Assembly (NCBI GenBank): GCA_951406725.2
Contig: OX597815.1
Span: 87,296,001 to 87,360,000, forward strand
Direction of reading: 5' to 3'
Origin: Octopus vulgaris
Lineage: Eukaryota
Length of the DNA stretch: 64,000 bases
The translations under genes were made by a program, and so were the position numbers. Positions 14,031-26,040 of this stretch are shown piece after piece. The notes below the pieces were generated by a model. The model worked only from the letters and a program-made list of their open reading frames with translations. It did not search any database and had not been told where the DNA came from. Each line of letters starts with the position of its first letter. The first letter of the stretch is position 1.

Positions 14031-14823
14031 CTTTTATATCCTACAAAATTTAAGATTATTTGTAAAGATAATGACAATGAGGAAGAAGACAATGACAAAA
14101 CCAGAAAGCCTGCTGCTGTTGCTGCTGGTGGCGGCGGTGGCGGCAACTGCAGTAGCAATGTCAGTTTTCCTAGCATTTTCTTTCTATTTTGTGCAGGTCA
14201 ATGAGTGAGATTTTTGTCTATGAGTCCTACTGTAGTTGAATAAAAGCCTGACCAAAGAATTAAAGCTTATTTCCAGCAGTGTGGCACAAGTATATCCAAA
14301 GGCCCACTCTTAAGTAATGTGAGAGCACTAATAAATAATTAACACTGATGTATGAGAAACACAAGGAAGTAAAAACTGTTGGGTATGATGGAATAGGTCT
14401 AGAAAATTATTGGCATTTATGCTTCATTTACTTATTTATTTACTTCCTTCTAGCATTCACCAAGAAATAACTAAGTCTACTGACTCCTTCCATAGAATTT
14501 CTCAAATAATCCAGTTTGTTTTCAGCAGCTGTAACACATTGACTTTCTGATCTCCCCACCCCACTACCTATTCTAAATAAATCTGTTTATTTACAGCCAT
14601 GAAGACAGAAACGGAAATTTAAACATCTTGCAACTCTCCGTCTTTCTTTTCCCATTCTGGTGTAATTAAAATTTGAAAACCTCTACACTATTACACAAAC
14701 ATTACGACTAATGTAGGGATCATAGAGAGTAACAGAACAAAGATTTTTGCAACACAAATGCATCTAAATGTAATAACTTGCAATAAAAGAGAGAGAAGTT
14801 AAGATCAAACTTTGTCAACTTAC

Positions 14824-14896
14824 CAATAAGGCGTACCAATGAAAGAGTCTCGGCATTGGTTAGGTTTTGTGTTTTTAGCAGACACACCAAAGTCAG
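14824..14896 (-). CDS. SLK: SLK/STK10-like STE20 kinase, activation-segment exon, 73 nt, phase 1-2
   Basis: The reverse complement reads ttttaatcttttcttgtag|CT GAC TTT GGT GTG TCT GCT AAA AAC ACA AAA CCT AAC CAA TGC CGA GAC TCT TTC ATT GGT ACG CCT TAT TG|gtaagt, giving (A)[23 protein letters not shown](W). It contains DFG and the STE20 signature GTPYW, and its phase matches the previous exon. Confidence 0.97.
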
Positions 14897-16763
14897 CTAC
14901 AAGAAAAGATTAAAACAGGTTTGTAAAAGGTAAAACTTGTGTTTTACTTTCATAACTAATCATAGCTTGGTCAAGGGTTCTTTTTCTACAATACTTCCTT
15001 CAATACATGAAGTATATGTTAGAATCCAGAGAAAATCATTTTAACTTTGAACAGTTGCCTTCATTTCCCACAATTCCAACAGCTTACGAGGGAGTACTCG
15101 ATAGTAACCAGAAACATCCTGTGGAACAAACCCGTTGTAGTTCAGGCTTCTGCAACTTGATGCAACCCTCAGGCATCAGTCTGTCAACTAGTATCTTTGG
15201 CTGAAGTCGTACTGCCACGTGGTGCATCTGTTTTACAGTGCTTCTCCTTTGTTCGTCAATTTTTGTGATGGCTGAAAAGAAGGAATAGCATGCTTCCATG
15301 AAATTTTGTTTCCTGCTGGGGAAAACAGCAGCCAAAATATTTGTCGTGCTTCAAATAGCTAACAAGGATGCTGTCATGAGCAAAACACAAGTTTACAAGT
15401 AGTTTCCATGCTTTAGGAATGGTCACTTGTTGCTTGAAGACCAACCTCATTCAGGATAACTGCCAACCTCCCAAACAAATCAAAACATCATGAAAATTCC
15501 TGAACTGATCTTGGTGGACTGTCATCAAACAACTGACAAACTTGTTGGTATGACTTGTGTGTCCTGGAGCTTCGTCCAACAAATTTTGAGTGAGGAATTA
15601 TGAATAAAAAGAGTTTCAGCCTTGCTTGTTCACAGAAGATCAAAAGCAGTCATGACTAAATGCATGTCATGAACTGAAAGAACAGTTGGAAGATGATCCA
15701 GACCATTTTTTGAAAGTCATCACTGGTGACAAAAGCTGGCGCAATGGAATTTGCAGATGTGGAAGAGGTGAAGAAAAAAACAATGGAGACATTAAATGGC
15801 ATCACTTTGCAAGAGTTTGCAATGGTGGAAAACATGTCTAGACCAAGCATTGTTTCAAATGGAGAATACTTTGAAGGTGATAAAAGTGTAAACACGTAAA
15901 TCTAACTGAATAAAATTATATTGCAAAATTCCAGTTTCTTTTGGGGACCCCCACCTCCTCATACAGGTTTAAACAAATGTTTGTAACTCAACACATAATC
16001 CAGTCAGTGTCTAACAATGTCCAATGATAGAGAAATAAATTTATTTATCACCACTTTAGACCCTCAAAAGCATCAGAATAGGAAAAATTTCATATGGGTC
16101 ACGTTTTACATTGGTAACTTTGGATTAATTGGTGACATCAACATAATGATGACATCAGTTAAAATCAAAACCCACTGCAGGTGTGGGACAGGGAATGGAT
16201 AGCATAGTTGCAAAACACAGACTGAGGCAATAGAACATCCAATATACTATGTCTACAAACTATTTCTAAATAATTTCTTTCTTACTGTCATCTCAGAGGA
16301 TCTTGTGGATTTATTGATGCTGTGGATTAAAGTTTAGTGATAACTGAAAAAAGTGAAATGATTATCACTGTCATCAATTCAATAAGTAACTAAATAGAAA
16401 AAAAAAAGCTGCTTAACTCAATCTACTGGAGACAGACACCCCAATAAATTATACTGCTGTATATGGATTGCACTGGAATTATATAGTTTTTTTTGTTTTT
16501 ATTTCTAAATTGTTGATTGGGTTTGTTTGGCTGAAGTATATCACTTGCATAAAAGACCTGTCGGCCTCAGGTCTTATTTACAAATTGATCTCATTTCATT
16601 ACTCAAAAGCAATATAAGAACCAGGACATTTTCAATAATTGAAATTTTATAGCCCATCAGAAAGATTTCTAACAACAAAAACTAAATTCCAACACACACA
16701 CACACATATGAATGATATGATTATATAAGCACACACACCAACAAACTCAAATGGCAAACTCAC
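14897..16763 (-). other. SLK: 1,867-bp GT-AG intron of the SLK-like gene, about half occupied by a mariner relic
   Basis: GTGAGT donor and TAG acceptor with a polypyrimidine tract. It joins KL-G|CT-DFG. Confidence 0.93.
15087..15961 (+). mobile_element. Mariner-like element, internally deleted and inactive
   Basis: TA-flanked degenerate TIRs (TAcgagggagtactc / cccccacctcctcaTA). The broken frame MKFCFLLGKTAAKIFVVLQIANKDAVMSKTQVYK*FPCFRNGHLLLEDQPHSG...QQILSEEL*IKRVSA resembles a mariner transposase N-terminus, and the C-terminal KHCFKWRIL / GEYFEG region is also present. Confidence 0.88.
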
Positions 16764-16962
16764 CTAACTTGACATCACCTTCCATGGTTAAGAGAACATT
16801 GCCTGCTTTCAAATCACGGTGAATAATATTGCTGTCATGAAGGAAAGTCAAAGCTTTGCACATATAATGACAGACATAACGGATTTGGTCTTCTGTCAAT
16901 GGTTTTTCCAAATCAAGCATGATAGAATCCAGAGCACCACCTCCACAGAATTCAATGAACAT
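16764..16962 (-). CDS. SLK: SLK/STK10-like STE20 kinase, internal exon (hinge to catalytic loop), 199 nt, phase 0-1
   Basis: Translates to [66 protein letters not shown] plus 1 nt. HRDLKAGN is typical of SLK/LOK. Acceptor ttatctctccatttccag ends at 16963 and donor GTGAGT starts at 16763. It continues directly after the W ending the 165-nt exon. Confidence 0.97.
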
Positions 16963-17403
16963 CTGGAAATGGAGAGATAATTAGTGTTGTATTTAACAGC
17001 AATTCTAAAAAGGTAGATAAACTATCAAGTCACTTATTTATGTTTTTACCCAATGTAAATAAATAGAAAATAACATTCTAGGTCAATGAATTTGTTGGAG
17101 GAAAAAGCATTTGTCAAATATAGCTTTTTTGAGAAACCTTGCCTTGGATTTTAAAAAAAGCATAAAATTAAAATAGAACAAGCAAAATAAGTTCACAAAA
17201 ATGAGAAAAAAAGTTTTAAAAAAACATAACAAAACGATTACCTGAATCCAAAACTTATTCTTTATTCAAAAACAAAAATCAGTTTGGAAGAATTAAGTTA
17301 GCAGAAATTCATTTCTGTTATCTCCTTCCACATCAGATATATATCTTGAAGAATTTTGTTACACTATTTTAGTATTATAAAATATATATGTAATATGTAG
17401 ACA

Positions 17404-17679
17404 CAGGCATGGCTGTGTGATAAGAAGCTTGCTTCCCAACCACATGGTTCCAGGTTCAGTATCACTGTATGGCACCTTAGGCAAATGTCTTTTATAACAG
17501 CCACAGGCTGACCAAAGTCTTAAGAATGGATTTGATAGACAGAAACTGAAAGAAGCCCATCGTGCTAAATCAGATTGAGTCTGGTATAGTCCCTCAGCTT
17601 ACCAGCCCTGGTCAAACCATCCAACCCATGCCAGCATGGACAACAGACATTAAATGATGATACTGGTGTGTGTGTGTGT

Positions 17680-17756
<77 letters not shown>

Positions 17757-17890
17757 CAAAAGAGACCTGTAGAATAAGTACCAGACTTTAAAAAATAAGT
17801 ACTGGGGTTGATTCATTTGACTAAAACATCTTCCTGAGAAGTGCCCCAGCATGGCTGCACTCTAATGACAAACAAGTAAAAGATAAAAGA
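17404..17890 (+). mobile_element. SINE family A interrupted by an RTE-type 3' module (about 17564-17660) and a (TG)(CT)n microsatellite
   Basis: The head caggcatggctgtgtgataagaagcttgcttcccaaccacatggttccaggttcag runs to gaaagaagcccatcg. It is followed by aaatcagattg...aacccatgccagcatggacaacagacattaaatgatgat, and the SINE 3' half resumes at cggcaaaagagacc. Confidence 0.85.
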
Positions 17891-18044
17891 CAATTAATGG
17901 CAGACAATAATCTAATGATGAAGACTGATTACACTATGTTTGTACTTACACTTCTTCCAACCAAAATATTATCTCATTCTTTTTTAGTTCTGTCTTATGC
18001 ATATCCCATTTCTTGTATTAAGTTTTAAACTTATACCATCACTC

Positions 18045-19010
18045 ATCATCATAATTATCATCATTTTACATCCACTTTCCATGCTGGCATGGGTTTGACA
18101 AGTCATAACAATCCAAGTCATCTGTTATTGCAAGCCAATGCTCCCATAGACTGGTGGTCATATGTTTCATTTGGCTAAATGCTTCACCAAACACAAAGTG
18201 TACGGAGTGCATTTCCTGGTGGCACCAAAACTAGAAATTGAAGAGTCCTTGGCAAGATAGAATTGTAGGGACATCACAGCTTTAATGTGCTCATTTGCTA
18301 ACCATTTTTCAGCATGTACAGGGTGCATTTATCATGACACCAACACTACAGAGTTTTCCATGCTCACCAGTACCTGCAGAGATGTAACAATTTGGCAACT
18401 TTCCATCAAGGCATCAGCACAGGAGGGACAGGAAAAGTATTAGGTATTAGTATAGGTTACTGAATAGTCTTTACATTTCCTTGTACACAGGAAATGTAGA
18501 AAATACTCAAATTAAGTCATATGGAGTGAGCAGGAGAAGGAAGTATGAGAGAGCACTAACAGCAGCACAACCAGAAATGAGTAAGATGAGCAAGAGTGCC
18601 TCAAAACGTCAGACATTTCCATTCCTTCAGGTTGCCAAGGAAGAGATTACAAGAAAGTGAATGCAATGACATCAGTGGACCAGAATGAATGAGTGAGAAT
18701 AGAAGGGTTCTTTGAGGTGTAGTCAAAGGGAAGTGATAGTCAATAGCAAAGGTAGACAAAGGTAAAGGTGGGTAATGAGATAAAACTAAGATAGGTGATA
18801 AGTGACAGAGATTGATTGTTTGTAGTAGACAAGAGCAAAACTAGAGTGTATTGGGTAGAAGGATAGGGACCTACAAAGAACAAGGGAGTCAAAATGATGA
18901 TGAGAGATGACAGTTAATAGGGAGATGAAAGATAGAACACTATGAGTGAGAAGGGTTGGTAATAAATAGAAAAGAGAAGGGGACAGGGTGTTACAATGTA
19001 GGTATGCATG
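18045..19010 (-). mobile_element. Old RTE-type 3' UTR copy, inverted
   Basis: Starts catcatcat...catccactttccatgctggcatggg. Its purine-rich part (ataggtgataagtgacagagattg) resembles the reverse complement of the 60600-60720 segment downstream of the RTE ORF at 59420. Confidence 0.55.
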
Positions 19011-20214
19011 CATGTATGAACAGAAATAGAAATAGCAACAAAATCAACCTCAAACAATCTCTACTGGCTTAAAAAAAAAGATGGACATGATGAACAATGC
19101 GATCTTGATTATACAAAAAATAAAACTTGTAGAATATACTACTAGAAACACACATAATATAGATAAACAAAACAAACAGATAAAGTCATTAGAGTGATCA
19201 CTTCTTATTACTCAGAATAATATAACATATATTTTGATTAACAGGGGCGTAAAACATTGGATAGGTTAAACAGTGAAACCATGACTAATACAAAATATTA
19301 ATCATTTATACAAGGAAACAATTCTACAAGTGTCATATTAAAACAAGCTTGTTTCCTTACTACCACTGGCTTACATTACAGTTAAATACCTAACCCTTTT
19401 AACACCAACCTACCTGAAACAACCCCTCATTCTATGATAGTAACTTCCTGTTCTAAAGTGATCTTAATTAAAACCTTTCATCAAAATTCCATGCTAATTT
19501 TTACAAAAACATCATCTGTACACAATACTAAGAAGGTTATTATTGTTTAATTCAGTGCTGTTTGAGCAGACCTGTGAACAAAAGCATTCCAACCACAGGT
19601 ACTCCATTCTTTATTCAAACTTAGTTCATGTGGCATCACTACATGCATTGTTATTGCTTGTCTTATTTTATTGAGTAGACACTGTCAATATACCTATGAA
19701 ACAAAGGTAGTCAACTGAAGAGTAACTTAGTGGCATTCTAGCAAGGTCATGTAGATTGTATTGAGAGAAATTCAGCTGTGACACTGAGCAGGTTAGACAA
19801 GTAACTAGTCCAAAGATCTGTCACTAGTTCATTCTTCTATGAATAAAGAAATACACCATAGAAACAAACGATGCATGTTGGGAGAAGACAAGGAGAATAC
19901 ACAATACAAAAGGACACGTAGCTTTGAAATTAATTATTTATATTCTTAATAAATAGACACTGGCATAAAAGGTGACACATGTTCACAAGGTATGAGCAGG
20001 TACTCATGCTCACTTAATCCTAACCACAAAAAGGAATTGATGTGGAATCTATGAAGATACCAAAACCATAAAATGAATTGTCATACAGATCTTGATAGAA
20101 AATTGGTCAAAAACATAATGAACATTAGAAAGCAATTTCCATTTTTATAATCCAAAGCTAACTCTTATAATATCTCTAAAAAATCTCATTCTCTTCACTA
20201 AATTTTGCTGTAAA

Positions 20215-20520
20215 TAGCTAGTCTGAAGAGGTTAGAAAGTGCCACTAGCTTTCAGACCTTCCTAGGCTGTTACAGGCAACTTTGTGAGGTTGGTATGGTT
20301 GATATCAAATACAAGCTTTTGCCAGTTAGCAGATAAAAAGGAAACTCTGAATAAGAAAGTTCAGAGAGGAGTGCTAGTCAGATGAGGACAGGTTGAAGAT
20401 AATGTTTAGTATAGTCTGTGGTTGGTAGAAGAGATAAGTGCAGTGAGTTATTTTAGAAGGCCCCAGTGTACAGCTTGAAAAACAAAGGATTAGAAAGTAA
20501 TGTTGCAGTGATAAATGTAG
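20215..20520 (-). mobile_element. CR1-group LINE RT fragment, highly degraded
   Basis: The composition and motifs resemble the reverse complement of 35140-35350 (cctgtcctca, ctaactgg/ctaactacc). Confidence 0.4.
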
Positions 20521-20574
20521 TGAGTTGTAACATTTATCTAAATAATATAAATTAATAAGTCATGAAATATCAAT

Positions 20575-20959
20575 GCAGGGATAGCCATTTGGTCAACAAG
20601 TTCACTTCAAAACCATGTGGTTTGGGGTTCAGTCCCACAGCAGGGCATCTTGGGCAAGTGTCTTCTCCTATAACTTCAGGTCAACCATTATCTTGTGAGT
20701 GAATATGGTAGATAGAAACTGTGGAGAAGCCCATCATATATGTTTGAGTCTTTGCCCCATCCCTCACAGCTTGACAACTAGTGTTGGTTTGCTTACATCT
20801 TTATAAATTAGCAGTTCAACAAATGAGATCGATAGAGTAAGTATCAGACTTAAAAAAGAAAACTAAGTACTAGGGTCGATATATTTGATCAAAACTCTTC
20901 AAGGAGATTCCTCAGCATGGTTGCAGTCCAACAACAGAAACACGTGAAAGAATAAAAGA
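20575..20959 (+). mobile_element. SINE family A, near full length
   Basis: ccatgtggtttggggttcagtcccacagcagggcatcttgggcaagtgtcttct...cagcatggttgcagtccaa...aaagaataaaaga. Confidence 0.88.
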
Positions 20960-21393
20960 CTATATACTGACTATCATGCTACTTTTCTTTTTATACTAAT
21001 CATATAACACAAAATGTAACACTTTCTGAAACAATGTTAAAGGATTTTACTTAAAGACCAGGCATCAAGTTGAAAACTTTAAAATTTACACAAGAACTTA
21101 TCAGAATTTGGCCATTATAACATTACAATAAGTTCCTTCACAGACAGGAACCAATATTGTGTTCACTTCCTTTATGATTCCTTCTTCACAAGTGCTCACA
21201 TAAGCTTCCTATAGTGTTTGAGTAATATTGAGTATAAAATAATAATGATGAGCTTTTCAACTAGCAATAACCACGCCTCTTATAACCCTCACTGGCTATG
21301 GCTATTTCAGCAATAGGCTAATAATATAGCTTTAACAGAACACAAACCTTCTCAAAATAAATGGAGTAATGATGTCTGCACCCATTATATATT

Positions 21394-21588
21394 GGTTTCA
21401 AATTTTGGCACAAGACCAGAAAGTTCAGATGAGATGAACCCCAGTGCTCAATTGGTACTTATTTTATCAACCCCAGAAGGATGAAAGGCAAAGTCAACCT
21501 CAGCAAAATTTGAAATCAGAATGTAAAGTCAGATGGAATGCCACTAAGTATTTTGCCAGTGTGCTTATGATTATGCTAGCTCACCACT
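21394..21588 (-). mobile_element. SINE family B (Meta-domain-like)
   Basis: ggtttcaaattttggcacaag...aaccccagtgctcaattggtacttattttatcaaccccagaaggatgaaaggcaaagtcaacctcagc...gctagctcaccac. Confidence 0.85.
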
Positions 21589-21948
21589 TTGCACCAATTA
21601 TATATTAAGGACAATTAAATAACATTGTTTGTAGGCAGAAAATAGAATTAAAATAATCATTTCAGGAGGCATGCTAACAGCATATTCAATAGTAAATATC
21701 AGCAGTTAATTCTACACAAACAGAATTTTTTTTAAATGAAAAGAAAAGATTTTAAAATATCAGCTGCAAAGTATTGCTTAAATACAATTGGAAATTAACT
21801 AGTGAGTATTTTTATAAATATTCACAAGGGATAGTACAGGTTGGAAAAAGTAACAGATTTGCAGAAAAGACCTGGTAAGTTGTAAGTTATCTAAGACTAA
21901 ATAAAGCAGCATTTATAAAAGAACATCTTGTAATTATATGAAATTATA

Positions 21949-22203
21949 AGGCGCAGGCATAGCTGTGTGGTAAGAAGTTTGCTCCCCAACCACATGGTTC
22001 TGGGTTCAGTTGCACAGTATGGCATCTTGGGCAAGTATCTTCTATAGCTGACTAAGGCCTTGTGAATGAATTCACAAAATAGATGGAAACTAAAAGGAGC
22101 TTGTCGTGTGTGTGTGTGTGTGTACATACACACTTCTACCACCATCACCTGGTATTGTTTTGTTTACATCCCTGCAACTTAGAAGTTTAGCAAAAGCGGC
22201 TGA
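21949..22203 (+). mobile_element. SINE family A, 3'-truncated
   Basis: aggcgcaggcatagctgtgtggtaagaagtttgctccccaaccacatggttctgggttcag. Confidence 0.85.
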
Positions 22204-23319
22204 AAGGGTACCCATCGAGGTGATGCTCCACTATGGCCCAATCCAATGGTGTCATGGTAATATTTATACAAGTGACACTCAAAATGGTCAGATGAAATAT
22301 GATCTTCTCATGATCAAATTACTTTCCCACTGCTGCTGCTGGGGGTTCATTTGGTCCCTAGAAAAACTTAATTTTATGTGGTTTAGTTATATCAAAGCAG
22401 GTGAAAATATCTTTCTAGGAAACTTGACTGTGATAAATTAACAACCTATCAAGGGAGATTTATTGCTCATCTGTTTAATGTTTCCAATAGGAACTGGAAT
22501 TAATAGGTTTAAGAAACACCCAGCCTACAAAGGCTTCCATAGAATACTGCTTTTATTTTTAATTAAAACTAAGTTATATATCTTTATTACATTGTAATAT
22601 TGGATTGACTAGACTTTTGGACTGCTCTACATTTTAAGAATAATAATTTTTCCACAACACTGAAGTGAGTAATGCTGCTGTTTAGATCCTGGGCAACACT
22701 GATTAGTGGATGTTGAACTTAGAATTATATTATCCAATATCTCCTTTCTTTAATTTTAAGATGGCAGGATGTGATCTGATGTTATTACTAACAAGCAAGC
22801 AACTGCATAGAGTAGAGACTACTCAGAGTAATATTTATAACAGATGAAACAAGATTTTCTTTTTTCACAGTATACTGTAAGTTAGACAAAAGAAATTCCA
22901 ACAGGAAAGATAGCAAGCAGCTAATAGCTGCTGTTATTTATTGTATCTCTGCAGCTGATTCTGGAATCTAGCAATAGATAAGAACCTGTTTAGATTCATC
23001 ATGTAAAGAATAGATGGGAAACTTTACATAAGATATTTCAGTGGATATCATGAGATTTGCTTCTAGTAGCACAGCATAGAATAGCATCCTGTTTCATGGA
23101 GTCATTGTAATATTTGCCCTATTCATCTTGCTGTATAAGTGTGTGTGTGATTTTTGGTTCATTCTTTATAAACTGAGAAAAATATTAGCCACACCAGAAT
23201 TTAGCTAAACAGACCATCCATACAAGAACTCAAATGGATACTCAATGGCTTTTTCTTTAGATGTAATTACTATTGTTACTATTTAATATTAGTTTTTTTT
23301 TTCTTTATATATGAAATCA

Positions 23320-23696
23320 TTGTTACCTCCGCCAAGGAAGGAGGTTATGTTTTCATCGGTGTTGGTTTGTCCGTCTGTATGCAAAATAACTCAAATAGTT
23401 GTGAACGGTATTTGATGAAACTTGCAGGAAAAGTTGGTGATGACACAAGGAAAAGATGATGAAATTTTGGTAGTGATCTGGGAAATTTTATGGGTTCTTG
23501 AAGGATTTTTCATTTGTTATATTTACTTTACATGAAGTATTACGTTATGTTCTTTGATTATCTCCCTTGAAAACACGTTCATCGTTTGCACATAACCTAT
23601 GGTGGTGTTGCTGATTCCAAAGATTATTTTCGTTTCTCTATTAGTAATTTTACTCGCGTATCTATCTTAAAATGAGCTGCTTGGTGGAAGTCTGCA
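23320..23696 (+). mobile_element. Helentron-type non-autonomous element, 3' hairpin missing
   Basis: ttacctccgccaaggaaggaggttatgttttc, GTCC/GTCT tract, core gaacggtatttgatgaaacttg and 3' sub-terminal repeat cttggtggaagtctgca. Confidence 0.78.
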
Positions 23697-24184
23697 GAGG
23701 ATGACATGACAAGCCTTGACTATTGGGATCGACTCAAAAAGCTCAGGCTTTGCTCCCTCCACCGCCACTGTGAGCTCTATATCATCTGTATGATGTGGAA
23801 AATATTCCATCAACATTGCCCATCTTTAAAATTCGTCCTAGGCTTGGCCCTCGTGCCATCCATCCAGTACAGAAAAGTTTGTGTCATATCACAACACAAT
23901 GACAGAACTATTTCACCTCAATTGGCCCTGCTCTCTTCAACATCGTGCCAGACACACATAAAGGAGGAAAGTGACTTCCTGGCATTCAAACAATTCCTAG
24001 ATGATTATCCACAACAAATTCCAGATAAACCACCTACACCCAGATATGTCTTTGAAAACAATAGCCCTCTGCTTGAATGGGCTACGGTTCCCCAGAGCTG
24101 ACTGTGTATCTCTTCCAGGTGGTGCTATTAAATTAGACATGCCCTGAGTCAACTTCAGCCAAAACTTATCTAAGTAATCTAATC
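23697..24184 (+). mobile_element. CR1-clade LINE 3' fragment
   Basis: ORF 23706-24101 reads MTSLDYWDRLKKLRLCSLHRHCELYIICMMWKI...FKQFLDDYPQQIPDKP, matching the CR1 C-terminal pattern LxYxERLxxLxLxSLxRRR and FKxxLDxxLxxxPD. It ends in a short ctaa(g/t)-type tail. Confidence 0.85.
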
Positions 24185-25394
24185 CATGCTGTAACCTTTA
24201 AATCAAAAGCATGACAATGTGGGTAGAGGCTGATATCTTAACATTTCAGATGGTCTTAAGTATTAAAAAAAAATTATTAAAGATTTATATAGAACTACAT
24301 TCAGAGTATGTCTATAAGCTATTGTGTTCAGACCTGGTTTCTATCCTCAAACTGTTCTGTTTTGTAGATGCAATTATTTTTTTTTTAATAAAGCACACCA
24401 AAATTTTTAAAAATCAAAAATCTGCAACAATCTCAGTCCTATGAGTATCAGATAATGGATTTTCAACTGTGTAAAGAAACTGATTGTGGTGATCGTAGTT
24501 TTGATCTTGATTGTGGTGAAAGCAGAGACAGTGTTGATGATGACGATGGTTGAGATAAGTATGGGAGGAGAATAAAATAGTATCAGTGGTTATAAGGGCA
24601 ACAGGAGTGGTGTGATGTGTGATGCTGAGGAGATGGTGGTAATAGTGGTGTTGATGATAGTGTTAGTTGTGTGATGGTGGTATTGTAGTGGTTATACTAG
24701 TTGCGGTAGTGAAAGTGACTGTCAAGATAATCGTCATGATAACATTGATGGCAGTGTATGAGGTTGAAGTGGAAGCAATGACAATGCTATTGATGATGTT
24801 GGTGGTGGTGGTGGTGGTGATATTAGTAGGATATGGTGGTGGTGGCGGTGGTTGTCATCGTAGTGCTGCTCCTGCTGGTTCGGCAGAGGTCTGTGCTCTC
24901 TGAGTGCATTTCTAGTTTTTCATTGTGGCAGAGAGTTATTGAAGGTATTTAACTTGGGAAACCTCTTTAAAAACAAAACCACTAACTGACTAGACAGAAA
25001 ACATGCCTAAATTAGTTCTTTATCATTATAGATAATTTAAACCAAGTGTGTTTTGTGAAGCCACTTGAGCACATCACTGCCATTATCTATGTCTTGCAGC
25101 TCCTGATAATTTTCTGTTTCTCTCTCCCACTCTTTACCCTACTAGATATGAGTAGCCATGTTGAAACCTGTTCTACCCACCCCTCTCATATAACCTCACC
25201 AGTGCACTATCACAATTCAACAACTGCTAGTGACAAGACTCCACAGTGGAAATCCAAGAATGTTTGTGCTCCCACTACTGTCCAATGTGCTTTTGTAGAT
25301 TCTGGTAGTGACCACAGCAGGAGCAAGTAAAGTAGACTCTGTTACAGTATCACAGTTACTGTTTCTCTATATCTGACAATCAACTTTTTTTTTA

Positions 25395-25790
25395 ATCTTT
25401 TTGTTTCAGACATTTGACTGCAGCCATGCTGGGGCATCACCTTGAAGTGTTTTAGCCAAATGAATTGGCCCCAGGACTTTTTTTTAAAACATAATACTTA
25501 TTCTATCGGTCTCTTTTATCAAACTGTTAAGTTACAGGGAAGTAAACACACCAACACCAGTTGTCAAGCAGTGGTGGGGGAACAAACACAGATACAAAGA
25601 CACACACAGATATATACATATATGCATGACAGGTTACTTTTCAGATTCTGTCTACCAAATCCACTCACAAGGCTTTGATCAACCCAAAGCTATAGTAAAA
25701 GACACTTGCCCAAAGTACCATGCAGTGGGACTAAACCCAGAACCATGTGGTTGGGAAGCAAGCTTCTTACCACACAATAACACCTGAACC
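25395..25790 (-). mobile_element. SINE family A, near full length, inverted
   Basis: ttgactgcagccatgctgggg...ctaccaaatccactcacaaggctttg...gacacttgcccaaagtaccatgcagtgggactaaacccagaaccatgtggttgggaagcaagcttcttaccacac. Confidence 0.9.
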
Positions 25791-26040
25791 TTATCACACA
25801 TATACATAGGCTCTCCCAATGAAAGCTAGCCTGGAGTTAAACAACATTACTCTGCTGAGTGTATCATATATACTGATCTAAAATAGGTGCCTCTTTTACA
25901 TCACAGAGGAATAGTAAACATCCAGAAATCCAACTGTAAAATACATGTTCCAATAATGTATGGATCAACTGAATTTAAAGAACTGCCTAACCCACAGAAA
26001 TGGCAAAAATATGTTTTAAAAACAAAAAATTATATACAGA

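Noticed and set aside
1-14823. Next SLK exon (MAPEV...DIWSLG) and, at 58106-64000, the upstream GxGxxG exon
   Set aside because: I scanned by eye for the expected codons and splice sites and did not find them. They are presumed to lie outside the window, although a miss cannot be excluded without tBLASTn.
18580-18615. Possible degenerate hammerhead ribozyme (aagatgagcaagagtgcctcaaaacgtcag). Also ctgatgaaaactcc...ggagcaac at about 62813
   Set aside because: Neither site has both intact CUGANGA and GAAA cores, and I could not identify stems I and III.
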